From the human T2T-CHM13v2.0 reference genome, Homo sapiens: 64,000 nt of DNA. Shown here piece by piece: positions 33,436-53,470 of this stretch. The notes under the pieces were generated by a model that saw only the letters and a program-made list of their open reading frames with translations, did no database searches and had not been told where the DNA came from. A program made the translations under genes and the position numbers. The stretch is taken from the NCBI RefSeq assembly GCF_009914755.1, contig NC_060930.1; one strand, 5' to 3'. How positions within the stretch are numbered: position 1 is the first letter of the stretch; the number at the start of each line of letters is the position of its first letter.

Positions 33436-34063
33436 CAGTAGTCCCCCTTACCTGTGGGGGATACGCTCCAAGATCCCCAGTAGATGCCTGAGACTGCCGA
33501 TAATACTGGGCTCTATATATACTGTGTTTTTTCCTAAACTGTACACATACACCTATGCACAGTATGGGATTCACAACCACAACTAATAATAAAATAGAAC
33601 AATGATAACAATATGCTGTAATAAAAGTTACGTGGGCCGGGGGCGGTGGCTCACGCCTGTAATCCCAGCACTTTGGGAGGCCAAGGCAGGCGGATCATGA
33701 GGTCAGGAGATCGAAACCATCCTGGCTAACATGGTGAAACCCTGCCTCTACTAAAAACACAAAAACAAAATCAGCCGGGCGTGGTGGCGGGCACCTGTAG
33801 TCCCAGCTACTTGGGAGGCTGAGGTGGGAGAATAGGGGTGAACCAGGGAGGCAGAGCTTGCAGTGAGCTGAGATCATACCACTGCACTCCAGCCTGGGCG
33901 ACAGAGCAAGACTCCTTCTCAAAAAAAAAAAAAAAAAAATTACGTGAATGTGGCCTCTTTCTTTCTCTCAAAGCCACCTATCATAGGTCATGTTTTTGGA
34001 TTGTACATGACAGTGGGTAACTAGAAGCACGGAAAGTGAAACTTTGGAACACGGGAACTACTG
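33436..34063. mobile_element. MER44 (Tigger7-derived) DNA transposon interrupted by AluY
   Basis: TA-CAGTAGTCCCCCTTA at the left end and ...GGAACTACTG at the right end. Confidence 0.75.
33635..33939 (+). repeat. AluY-type element, putative donor of the 11404-11918 copy
   Basis: Own TSD AAAGTTACGTG/AAATTACGTG; linker variant ACAAAAACAAAA and variant GGTGGGAGAATAGGGGTG. Confidence 0.92.
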
Positions 34064-34485
34064 CACATCTTTCCTGTAAAGTTAAAGAACACAAGTCATC
34101 TCAAAAGGAAATCATTTGCTATGAAGATACACAATTTAGAGAGAATGAAAGTGGAAGGATCTACTTGGTTAATGGATTCAGCGTTCAAAACCACACTGGG
34201 TTATTTAGGCAAGAAGACATACTTCATCGACTTTGATTGAATCTGCGAGGTACTGTAGTTGCCAAATCTTCACCTGGCTCCTTGTTGCACAGATAGTTTT
34301 TGAAAGATATTGTCAATAATTCCAGTTATAAGGACATGCCCAACACCTGTCAGTGTCCACCCGAAACCTCCTAGGGTTAGTCTACTGATGCTCACTTTGT
34401 GTGAAAAGGTTAAACGTGGCTAGGTGTCCATTGCCAATGGCCTCAGGTGGTCTGAAGAAATCCTGGTCACTTCTCTAAATCCCAG

Positions 34486-35504
34486 TGTGTCCGGAATTGG
34501 TGGGTTTTCGGTCTCGATGACTTCAAGAATGAAGCCACGGACCCTTGCAGTGAGTGTTACAGTTCTTAAGATGGTGCGTCGGGAGTTGGTTCCTTCTGAC
34601 ATTCAGATGTGTTTGGAGTTTCTTCCTTCTGGTGGGTTCGTGGTCTCGCTGGCTTCAGGAGTGAAGCTGCAGACCTTCGCCGTGAGTGTTACAGCTCATA
34701 AAGTTGGTATAGACCCAAAACGTGAACAGCAACAAGATTTTCTGTGAAGAGAAAAAGAACAGTTCCTACGCCGTGGAAACGGACCCCCGCAGGTTGCCGA
34801 CGCTGGCTCAGGTGGAGTGCTTTTATTCTCTTATCCGGCCCCACCCACATCCTACTGATTGGTCCATTTTACAGAGAGCTGATTGGCCCGTTTTACAGAG
34901 AGCTGATTGGTCCATTTTGACAGAGTGCTGATTGGTGCATTTACAATCCTTTAGCTAGACACAAAAGTTCTCCAAGTCCCCAACAGATTAGCTAGACACA
35001 GAGCGCTGATTGGTGCATTTACAAAACCTTTAGCTAGACACAGAGTGCTGATTGGTGCATTTACAATCCTTTGGCTAGGCAGAAAAGTTCTCTAAGTCCC
35101 CACCCGGCCCAGGAGCCCAGCTGGCTTCACCTCTCAATGGCACTCGCCGGGGGACTTCGCAGCACCTAGCCCAGGCACTCCAGCAGCCCAGAGGGAGCTT
35201 GTCCCGGATCAAGCCCAGCAGGCGCCGGCCGGCTGAGCCTAGTGAGGGAGCCCCGTGAGCCCGTGCCAGCCCGGAACCCGCACCAGCCTGCAAGCGCCAC
35301 GCTCAGCCCCGGCTGGCTTCGGCGCCTCCCGCTCCACACCTCCCTGAGAGCAGAGGGAGCCTGTTCCAGCCTTGGCCAGCCCCAGAGAGGGGCCCCCACA
35401 GTGCAGCGACGGCTGAAGGGCTCCTCAAGCGCGGCCAGAGTGGACGCTGAGGCCGAGGAGGTGCCAAGAGTGAGCGAGGGCTGCTAGCACGTTGTCACTT
35501 CTTA
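34486..35504 (-). mobile_element. Solo LTR12 (ERV9; LTR12D-like)
   Basis: Reverse complement ends ...CCCACCAATTCCGGACACA. Perfect 4-bp TSD CCAG (34482-34485 / 35505-35508), six tandem CCAAT boxes and a GC-rich U3. Confidence 0.92.
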
Positions 35505-36255
35505 CCAGGGGCTAATGGACACAAGAGGATGCCAGTCCTTTGAGCCTCCTTGGAAGCTGAGTTCCTCTCTGAGGGTCAACAGTCAACACCGGGCCTGCCT
35601 GGGCCTGGACTTCTCTGGCCTAACGTCCTATCCACAAAGTCAGGCTTTGTGGATAGAGTTCAGCCCCTGGGCCTGGGCAGGGCCAGCTGTGTGCTCCCCC
35701 AGCTCCTGCCTCGCTTCTCTGGCTCCCCAGGGCTGGCCTGCTCAGACTGGCCCCAGTTCTGGGAAGGAATGGTGCCAACTGCCTTCCCCATTCATGGTGT
35801 CAATAAGGGGCTTTACAAAGTTGTCCCTCACCCCCACCCCCTACCTCAACAAGAGCTATTGTGTTATTGAAAGTGCCGAGGGCATTTCCTGGGAACATGG
35901 AATTCATCAAACAGAAACTTACAATGAGAGGAATGAACAAATTCTACAAGTGTTTGCTCCTCTCGGGCTCCCAGGAGGCCAATCCCACAAACGCCTTTGG
36001 GAGGCAAACCTCATGGGGCTGCCCGGGCAGGAAACCAATCTGTGCTTCTTCCCTTGAAAGATGCTGGGGCCTGCCCCAAAAGGTGGCTCTGAGTCACAAC
36101 CAGGAGCCACCGGGAGCATCTGGGGGGACTGCTGTTTTTCTCCAGCGGCCCCAAAGGCCATCCAGGAGTTCTCCATTGAGACCTGGACGTCAAGGGGAAG
36201 CCTTGGGTGGAACTGCGAGCGGGTGGCCTTGTCTTTACTGGTCTTTTTCCGTTGA

Positions 36256-36674
<419 letters not shown>

Positions 36675-36934
36675 TTCGCCCCCAACTATTCAGGACACCT
36701 GGCTACATCTGATGCCAGCTTCCCCTCCACCCTGTCAAGACGCTCCACGCTCCGCCTTCTCACCTCCTCCAGCCGTCATCTGCTGAGACCCTGCCTATCC
36801 ACGTGGCAATCAGAGGGACCGCCACACCCCCAAGGCCTCTGCCACTCTTGAGGGACACACATCTTAACAGTGGCTCCATGCACCTGTGAAACCCAGTAGG
36901 GCCTATAGGGGAGGAAGCACAGCCTCGTGGCGGG

Positions 36935-37737
<803 letters not shown>

Positions 37738-39282
37738 AGTGAATGTCCTCGTGGGCGGGCTGCCGGGAATGACACCTGGAGACAGCGTAGGTGCTGCAGA
37801 GGGTAAACTGCAGCTCACGACTACATAGGGCTCACACCCATCCATTGTTTTGCTTGCACAGTCTCTTTTAAAAATTTTATTTAGTTGTCAACATTTAAAA
37901 GTTTTTTCACATTAAAATCTGAATTTTCATGGAAACCTGGAAAGCTGGCAGCGTGGGATCTGAGTAGTTCTTGGTGGAAGTGAAGAATGTGCCTGTGTTT
38001 AACATGCGCACGCGTCTGCTTCACTCCCTGCCTGGGGGCCCTGTGGGCACAGCCTGGGGAAGGCAGTGCTGGCATAGACAAGGGGCTGCCAGGCAACTGG
38101 GGCCTGGTGCAAGTTCAGAGGAGGCCAGAGTCTAGATTCTCTGCTCAGAACCTGCATGCCTGGAATCAAAAGAAAGTGACAAATCGCACCTGAGTAAATA
38201 TAGTTTCACAATGAAGCGCATGTCAACACTTCAATGCAGAGGCTGTATCACTCAGGAAGCTCTTCAGGGAGCAAGGGACAGTCAGTGCGGGGAGTGGGAG
38301 GCTGGAGTTGAGGGCCGGCCTCACAGGCCTGCGTGGAATGGTCTGCTGATGCTGTCTCAAACTCACTGATACTTTGCCAATGAGGGTCATTTTGCACTGT
38401 GTACCTTCCCCAGATTATGTAGCCAGTCCTGGCAGAGCTCAACCAAAGCAGAATCTCCTGTGTCACCAAGGAGACAGTGTTGAGTTTGGATACTTTAAAG
38501 AGACTTAAATTGTTGGTGGAGGCTGTGCAGCTCTGGGGTTCTGAGCAGAGTGATTTCGTGTAATACTGTCAGTGAAGTTAGGGAACAACTCAATGGATGA
38601 GAGAGCTCCTAGGAGAAAGTGGGAACAACTGGACGCATCCGTTGTTAAGTGATCAGAATGTTACTGCTCTCACACGGAGTGAAGTGAATCTCTTCTCTGC
38701 TTTACGGATTTTTTGCAGACTGTTGGATGGGCGGCAGGCCAGAGCCAGCTGGGACCACAGGAGGGACCACAGGAGGAAGCTGGTGTGAGTGCTGTGAGGC
38801 CCTCAGATTTAAGTGAATGGTTTGGAAACCTCCGGGGAGAAGTCTACTTCCTGTTGCTACTTTTCTTCTAAATGAATACAGTGTAAATATCTGGCCAGCA
38901 CAGCAGCAGCAGCTCAACCACATGCTTTGAGAACTAAGCCAAAAAAAATGTAATATTTCTGCAAGTATGTTCTATTGGAGTCTTTGGCTAAATGTGTGAT
39001 CTTTATAAAATTAAGATAATTTTTAATTGACAAAAATTGCAAGTATTTACGATCTACAACATGATGTTTTGAAATTTGTATACACTGTGAAGGGCTACAT
39101 CAAGCTAATTAACATATCCATTACCTCACATACTGTTTTTTTTGGATTTTTTTGTTGGTTTTTTTTGGTGGTTTAGACACTCTCAGCAATTTTCAAGAAT
39201 ACATTACATCGTTACTGTTACTAACTATAGTCATGGTGATTGTACAAAAGGTCTTTTGAACTGACTCTTCCTGTCTAATTGA

Positions 39283-43403
<4,121 letters not shown>

Positions 43404-43596
43404 TTGTTTATTATTTCTAACAGTTTTTTGATGGCGCCTTTAGAGTTTTCTATATGTATGATTATGTCATCTATAGACAGAGACAATTTAACTTCTCCCT
43501 TTCCAATTTTAATGCCTTTTGTTACTTTCTCTTGCCTAAATGCTCTGGCTCAGACTTCCAGGACTGTGTTGAATAGAGGTGGCAAGAGTGGGCATC

Positions 43597-43962
43597 TGTA
43601 TCAGTCTGTTTTCACACTGCTATAAAGAACTACCTGGGACTGGGTAATTTATGAAGAAAAGAGGTTTAATTAACTGACAGTTCCACATGACTGGAGAGGC
43701 CTCTGGAAACTTACAATCATGCTGGAAGGCAAAGGGGAAGCAAGGCACGCCTTACATGGCAGCAGGAGAGAGAGAGAGAGAGAAGGGAGAAGTGCCCATC
43801 TTAAACCATCAGATCTTGTGAGAACCCATTCACTATATTGAGAACAGCAAGGGGAAAATCTGCCCCCATGATCCAATCACCTCCTACCAGGTTCCTCCGC
43901 TGTATATGGGGATTGCAATTCGAGGTGAGATTTGGGTGGGGACACAGAGCCAAATCATATCA
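43597..43962 (-). mobile_element. THE1/MSTA-type MaLR LTR in L1
   Basis: TG..CA ends; 5-bp TSD GCATC/GCATT. Confidence 0.85.
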
Positions 43963-44281
43963 GCATTCTTGTCTTGTTCCTGATCGTAGAAGAAAAGCTT
44001 TCAACTTTTCACTGCTAGTTGTGGGCTTCTCATATATGGACTTTATTGTGTTGAGGTACATTCCTTCTATACCTAATTTGTTGAGAGCTTTTATCAGGAA
44101 AGGATGTTGAATTTTGTCAAATGCATTTTCTACATCTATTAAGATGATCATATAGATTTTGTCCTTCATTCTGTTCATGTGGTGATCACATTTATAGACA
44201 TGCATTTGTTGAAACATCCTTGCATGCCTGGGATAAATCCCACCCGATTGTGCTGTTTCATATGCTATTGAATTTGGTCTG

Positions 44282-45020
<739 letters not shown>

Positions 45021-45149
45021 CTTTGATGATATATATATTTTTTGAGAATTTAAGCATCTATGTTCATCAGTGACATGGGCCTAGAACTTTCTTTTCTTAC
45101 AGTGTCCTAAAAAGAAGTATATTTTCTTTAAAAAGTGACTTAGTAGGTT

Positions 45150-45600
45150 TTTATGGGTTGAATTAAGTCCCACCAAAAAATATGTTGAAGTCCTAGTCCC
45201 CAGTACCTCAGAATGAGGCCTTATTAAGACAGCATCATTGAAGAGGTAATGAGTGAAGATGAGGTTGCACTAGACTTAGGTGGGGCCTTCATCCAATATG
45301 ACAGGCATCCTCATAGGAAGAAGAGAGAACACACAGGCACACATGGGGAGACAGCCATGGGAAACACAGGCCGAGATGGAAGTGCTGCAGCCACAAGCCA
45401 AGGGAATGTCCAGGATGGACGCATACCACCAGACGCCAGGCAGAGGCAGAGATTCTGCCCTGCAGGTGTCAGAGGGAGTGTGGCTCTGTGGGCGCCTTGA
45501 TTTTGGACTTTTGGCTTCCAGAACTGAGCAAGAATCAACTGCTGTTGTGTAAGCCACCCAGTTAGTGGTGCTTTGCTATAGAGCCCTAGGAAATTAATAT
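45150..45600 (+). mobile_element. MLT1C-like MaLR LTR
   Basis: GGGTTGAATT...GTTGAAGTCCTAGTCCCCAGTACCTCAGAATG...GCCCTAGGAAATTAAT. Confidence 0.75.
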
Positions 45601-47269
45601 GCAGGTATTTCTCTTTTTTTTCCTTCTTGAGTAAATATAATTCTTTCTGAATGTCAACATTTCAATTTTTTAAAACAAGGCACTCCATATTTTTAGATAT
45701 CTGCACTTCATTTTAAGCTCCTGAAGTTTTTGCCTCACATGTAAACTTCAGTATTTTTAACACACACTGTGGTATACAGTACTAAGAAGGGATTCCATAG
45801 TGTTCTAGGATCATTCTGTTAAAAATCAGCTGTCATTAATGAGTGTGTGGCCATTTCAACATTTGGGAATCCTGGCCTGATATATAAACAGCAGCATCAT
45901 TTTTGTCTCTTGTGTCCCTTAAATTCCTCTGTGGCCTTTACACCTGTCTCCTGCTCAAGGAGAAAGCACTAGAAGCTTTCCTGGTCATTTTCAGAGCTTT
46001 TCTGGTTACTTTTCGTTGGCCAGGTTCAACGCAGTACTTAATACGCTCAGGTCAGTGTAACATCAAAGCTTGACTCCTCCCTAAACTTCCTCTCTTCCTG
46101 CAGCTTTGACTGCCTCGGGCTAGGAGCTGCCAGCTGTGATGGTGGTGGGAATGGCAGGGGTGTGTGGTGGGCTTCACCCTCTATCCCTATGCTTGGCTCT
46201 AGGGCTCCTCCCCAGTCAGCTACCTCTGGTGTTTGGAGTCCAGGGCAGGAAGAGCAAGGAAGAGAAACCGGAAAGTTGACTTTTCATGATTAAAATGGCA
46301 GCCCCACCTGCTCATGTTCACGGCTGCCTTTTCTCGTTAGAACATCACTTTCTAACATGCCTTACAGCTTGCTTATTTGCTATGCTCATTGTTTACTGTC
46401 TTCTCCCACAGATATAGAATCTCTGCGAGGGCGGGGCCTCTGTTTTGTTCACTGATGTGTCCCAGGTAGAGGATGCTTGGTAGTAGGAGGTGCTCAGTGA
46501 ACGTTTGTTGGAAGACTCTGAATTAAACAGAAAGATCGGCAGCACCTTTCTGCGCGTGGCAGGTTGGAAAGATGAGTTTGTTCCCCTGTGCCCTTTTGTG
46601 AGTTGGCGGAAGTCCCCTTGCCCAGCCCAGTGCCAAGTTCCTGTCACTGGGATCTCTGTTGCAGCTCTCTAACATGGGTGAAGCATCTCGATCGTATCTG
46701 GTTGCCATCGGCTCCATACCTCTGTCACCAGGAAGGCCTTCTTTAGCTGCTTTGTCTGAACCCTCCCTGAGGCCCCTTCGACTGGGATCCATGACATTCT
46801 TTCGCTTTGCCCTCTTCCGGCCACATCTGGTTCTCACTGGGGCTCCACGCTTGGTTCCTGGGAAACACTGGGAGGTGGCCGTCCCCATGCAGTGCCTCTT
46901 CTGCCTCTATTGGCACAGCTGCCAGCCTGCCAGATTTGTCAAGTTTTTCGGGCCTGGGTCAGACACGAGCTCCCTGTGTCCCCAGGTGCTACTGTTGCAG
47001 CCCACCCCTCATCCCTCACCACCTTAAAATCAGGCACCTCCAACCCACCTCCTCTGGGGATGGGAGAGTGGGATGCCCAGCAGCAACCGTCTTCCCCCAA
47101 CTCCTCCCAACTCATACCCTTAATGGGAAAGAGGGTTTGAGAGTTGCCTGATTCCTCCCCTCCACCTTCCTTTTTGCAAGTCCTGCATGGTGGTCTCATG
47201 CCTTACTTTGGAAAGTGGTATCTATTGTCATTTGGAATCTCAGTGAAATGTGATTTGATTCCTGTTCCC

Positions 47270-47490
47270 AGGGCTTACTCTGTGCCAGGTCCCATGCTCA
47301 TCACTGTAATATACAGTCCATGTGCACCTTCTCACTTAACCCTCATACCATCTCTGTGAGACAGATACTATTCTTGTACCCCTTTACATATAAAGAGACT
47401 GAGGCCAAGAGAAATTAATATCTTGCCCAGATCAACCAGCTACAAAGGTGACAAGAGTCCAGATTCAAATCCAGGCTATCTGACTCCAGG
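47270..47490 (-). repeat. MIR
   Basis: TACTCTGTGCCAGG...ACTGAGGCC...GATTCAAATCCAGG..TCTGACTCC. Confidence 0.65.
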
Positions 47491-47739
47491 GCCTTATATG
47501 GATTACTGCAATACACACAATTTTTGTCTGTGAGTTTTTTATTTGTTTAGGAAATCCCTGAAAATGGAATTTAAAAATATTAACTATAAGGCTTCCTACA
47601 GCCTATATTGTCCAGAATAGTATCTTTTTATTGAAAGTGGGGAATAAGGTTCAGGGTTCATCCATCATCTCATATCTCATTATGGAGCAGAGACTGCTAA
47701 GGGATCATCAAAATCCATGTTTCTCCATGGCTGAGCTGT

Positions 47740-48140
47740 TTCCCAGGCCCCCTTGCCATTAGGAGTGGCCCATGGCCCTGAGTCCTTCCCACCCAATACA
47801 ATGCATGCCGAAGGGGTAGATACCATTTCCTGACCTGGCCTAAGAAACCCCATCCACGCTGTCTCCCTGGCTGTCCCTTTTCTGAAGACTTGATTTCAAC
47901 ACCGAGGGCTACCTTGAGAGCCACTTGACTTTCAACTTGAAGAGTTACAAGAACGTTTTCCACTCAAAAAGGTGAAGATAGCAGAGCTTTCCTGAGCCTG
48001 GGCCTCTTCGTAAGTGACTACAGGGAGGAGGGCTGTGCATCTATTTAGAACTAATATATGAGCACGGAATAAACGTCTATGGTGGTGGAGCCATTATAGA
48101 TTTTGGGTCTCTGCCATGGCAGTTAGCTTTTTCTAACAAA
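47740..48140 (+). mobile_element. Degenerate MLT1 (I/J-like) LTR
   Basis: TTTCCCAGGCCCCCTTGCCATTAGG...GAATAAAC...GAGCCATT..ATTTTGGG. Confidence 0.45.
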
Positions 48141-48553
48141 TGTACACTATGTAACTGACACACAAGCAGGTGTATAAGCAGAACGTGTGGCTTCCAGGCC
48201 AGATGGAGGTAAGTGCCCCACAAAACTCAGGCATGATCTGCTGATGCTACTACTGATTTCCCAGAAAAATTAATGATTTTCAAATGTTTATTCAGAAATA
48301 AATGTTGATTCAGGTTTTTCTGAATAGCTTTCAGATATTATTGAATGCAAATAAAGGGTCAGCTACCTAGCTACAGCTGGGGAGGTGTCCTGGGGGCAGT
48401 TTCAAAAGCCCGTGAAAAATGTGATCCATATATTATCTTGACCACATCTGGTAAATAGTCCCATTAGCAAATTCCCTAAATCCCATTCTAATTTCTCATG
48501 TACACACAGAAAATGTGTGTACTGTAACCTCCAGGAGTTTTGGCTAAAGGAAG

Positions 48554-49209
48554 TGTATTAGGCCATTTTCACGGTGCCATAAAGAAATACCCTTGGCTGG
48601 GCATGGTGGCTCACGCCTGTAATTCCAGCACTTTGGGAGGCCAAGGTGGGCAGATCACCTGAGGTGAGGAATTTGAGACCAGCCTAGTCAACATGGTGAA
48701 ACCTCATCCATTAAAAACACAAAAAATTAGCCAGGTGTAGTGGCGGGCACCTGTAGTCCCAGCTACTTGGGAGGCTGAGGCAGGAGAATTGCTTGAACCC
48801 AGGAGGCGGAGGCTGCAGTGAGCCCACTGCACTCCAGCCTGGGTGGCAGAGTGAAATTCCATCTCAAAAAAAAAAAAAAAATACCCGAGACAGGGTAATT
48901 TATAAAGAAAAGAGGTTTAATTGACTCATGGTTCTGCATGGCTAGAGAGCCTCAGGAATCTTACAATTATGGTGGAAGGGGAAGCAGGCACATCTTATGT
49001 GCTGGCAGGTGAGAGAGAGCATGCAAGAACAGGGGAAACTGCCTTATAAAACATCATATCTCCTGAGAACTCACTATCACGAGAACAGCATGGAGAAACC
49101 ACCCCCGTGATCCAATCACCTCCCACTGGGTCCCTCCCTCGACATGTGTGGATTATGGGGATTACAATTCAAGATGAGATTTGGGTTGGGACACGGCCAA
49201 ACCGTATCA
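48554..49209 (-). mobile_element. THE1 MaLR LTR with an AluS insertion (48595-48881, +)
   Basis: Perfect TSD GGAAG; the Alu is flanked by AAATACCC. Confidence 0.9.
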
Positions 49210-50759
49210 GGAAGTCATTAGTCTTGGTCCTGAAAACAGAGCCATCACTGCCATCTTCTTGCTTGTGTGGTTAACATTTCCTTTCAATCCCAGCCATGCT
49301 AGCCAGGTCCAGGGGAATTTTGACATTTGACAAGATAGCTATCTAAGTAAACAAGCAGTTCAGCTTTTAAAATAAGCTAAATTAATTTGTTTGCAAACAC
49401 TCACTTTCCTCCTGAGGAAGAGCAGCCAAAACTCTAGGTTGTTCCCAACTACACCGTGATTCACATCTTGTTTGGGGTGCAATTTTTTTTTTTTTGAGAC
49501 ACAGTCTCACTCTGTCACCAAGCCTGGAGTGCAGTGGCAATTATAACTCAGTATAGCCTTGAACTCTTGTGCTCAAGCAATCCTCCCACCTCAGTCTCCC
49601 AAGTACTTGGGATGACAGGTGTGAGCCGCTACGCCTGCCCCCATGGTGTGGGTTTGATGATTCCCTGTACCTGCCTGACTCAAGGAGAGAGAGATTGGGT
49701 GAGTGAGAGCCTGCTGAGTTGTGAAGATCGGATTGAGGGAGGAGGCTGTGGAGGGCCAGAATTCAGGTTTGGAGGAATATGAGGGGCCATGACCAGGAAG
49801 AGCCTTCTCTGGGGAGCCTCCTTGGTGCTTCTTTGTCTCAGCTTCATGGCAGATGGGGGACTTGCACACGGTGGGCCCTTCGTAGACGCTGACTGGAGGA
49901 ACGGCTCCTGAGGAGAGGCTGCATGGCACATAGTCTTCCTCCATGTGTATCTGTGCTTGTGTCCCTTCTCTTCTCATGAGGACACCAGTCATTTGGGCTG
50001 AGGGCCTCCCCTACTCCATGGAACCCCAGCCTAACTGATTACATCTGCAATGATCCTCTTTCCACATGAAGCCACATTCTGAGGTTCCAGGAAGTCACAG
50101 ATTGGGGGCTGGTGGACTGTCCAACCAAGCTCAGGCCTTTGCCTTTTGTTGTCATCACACCTCTGGGTTAGTCCATCACTAGCTGCTGCCTTGGTCTGGG
50201 AGGAGCAGGAAGAGGCTGGCAAGGGGTGGAGAGGGCAGGGGAGGAAATGTGGCACTGGGGCCTCGCAGGAAACTCTGCCGGCAAATGGCAGTGGTGGAAA
50301 GACGGGCACCTGGAGTATGCACCTGGGGAGGTGGGTGACCTGGAAGTTAGGAAGAGGGACACAGTTCACCCCTTCACAGCTTGGCTCAGGCCAGGAATCA
50401 ACCCTCAACTGCATTCCAGCATTGGCAGCTGCAGACCGCTTGGCTGATCCTCCCCAGGTGTGGGGTCTGGCTTGTTCCTTGCGCCGCCTGTCTGATTTTA
50501 AAGGACAAAATAGAAGAAGCAGCATAATAGGTAAATTAAACTCTTACCCTGTTTTTCAGAAAGACTCCATATTCCTTGGCTCAATAGATTCAGAAACTTA
50601 CCAGAGTTTTTACTTTCTGAAGGGATATCTGTACCTTGGCCTCCCAAAGTGTTGGGATTACAGGTGTGAGCCACTGCACCTCACCTCCATTCTCTACATT
50701 TTCAACATATTGTAATTTCTAGAATCAACATAATTCTCTACACAAGTTTTTGGCACATC

Positions 50760-51157
50760 TGCTGTTTGGATATCTGTCCCCTTCAAATCTCATGTTGAAA
50801 TATAATCCCAATGTTGGAGGTGGGGCCTGGTGGGAGGTGTTTGGGTCATGGGGGTGGATCCTTCCCGAATGGCTTGGTGCTGTCCTAGGAATAGCGAGTG
50901 AGTTATCTCTAGACCTGGTTTTTAAAAGTGTGTAGCACCTCCTTCGTCTCTCTCCCTCTGGCTCTTGCCATGTGAAGTGCCTGCTTCTCCTCCACCTTCT
51001 GCCATGAGTGGAAGCTTCCTGAGACCCTCACCAGAAGCAGATGCCAGCAGCATGCTTCTTGTACTGTCTGCAGAATCGTGAGCCAATTAAACTCTTTTCT
51101 GTATAAATTACTCAGCCTCAGGTATATCTTTATAGCAATGCAGAACAGCCTAATACA
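50760..51157 (+). mobile_element. MSTB-like MaLR LTR
   Basis: GTTTGGATATCTGTCCCCTTCAAATCTCATGTTGAAA...GAACAGCCTAATACA. Confidence 0.85.
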
Positions 51158-51272
51158 GTACTCTTAAGTTTTTTTTTTATTTTTAATTAACAGGCTTTCT
51201 TGGTGGCATGAGATATTCACTTATTTACACAATTATATAACAATATCTTATTCCTTTATTATTCTATAATGA

Positions 51273-52596
<1,324 letters not shown>

Positions 52597-53421
52597 CTTC
52601 TAGGAACTTTTAAATAACACCAGTGCCCAGGCCAGATCCCCAGAGACTTTGACTTAATAGGTCTGGGTGGGCCCATGTGACAAGGGACATGGTACTGAAC
52701 ATCTGCCAGATGCCATCTAGTATCACCAATTAATTGTAGAGGGTTTTAGTTCTTAAAGCAGAGAAAGGGAAAGGAAAAACCGCCTTCATTAGTTAGAACA
52801 ATATTTGGCAAGTCCAGAATTGGAACTGAAATAGCAATCTTTGTGAGGGGAGGGCGCATGTTCCTTTTGAGGCTCTCTGTCCCCTGATGCTCTCCTACAA
52901 TGTTCCCAGACTCCAGCAAGCCAAGCTAGAATGGAAGGTTGGGGGTGGGGGTTGCTACCTGCCCATATACCCCTGCCATAAACACACAGCCCTGCCCTAA
53001 AGACCCTGCCCCAGAACTGAGAGGGGGCTGAAACATATAAGTAAGATTTTACAAACAACTAGGCCAGCAGATTAAAAATAAGGTCCCATCTCCACTCCTC
53101 ATAAAACTTAAGGGTAATGTTAGGGGGCCACATAACTTCTAGTAGCTTGGTTTCCTTATCTTGCAAGTGAATATAAAAACCAGCCTACAGGTAGATTACC
53201 TCACAGGGTTGTGGGAGAATTTAATGAGCTAGCATTTATAATAAAGTGGCTGACACATAAGAGGTGTCAGTGATGGGCAGCTTTTGGTATTACTAGACCC
53301 TGACTATTACCAGTCTGGGTCAACTGCTCACAGATAAGCCCAGCTCAGGACTTTCTTACCCTGGCTGTGGGCTGACTTCCTCGTGGAGATCGCACACAAG
53401 CATAGCTGGGTCTAGACATCT

Positions 53422-53470
53422 CCTGTGAGTCTAATCATGAGGCTGCCTGTGAGTCTAATCATGAGGCTGC
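53422..53470. repeat. Perfect 24-bp tandem duplication
   Basis: CCTGTGAGTCTAATCATGAGGCTG x2. Confidence 0.92.

Noticed and set aside
34850-35075. Repeat-spacer-like array resembling CRISPR
   Set aside because: These are the tandem U3 repeats of LTR12 in eukaryotic DNA; no unique spacers or cas genes.
50031-50715. 189-aa and 164-aa ORFs
   Set aside because: They run into MaLR or Alu fragments and show no domain; consistent with chance.
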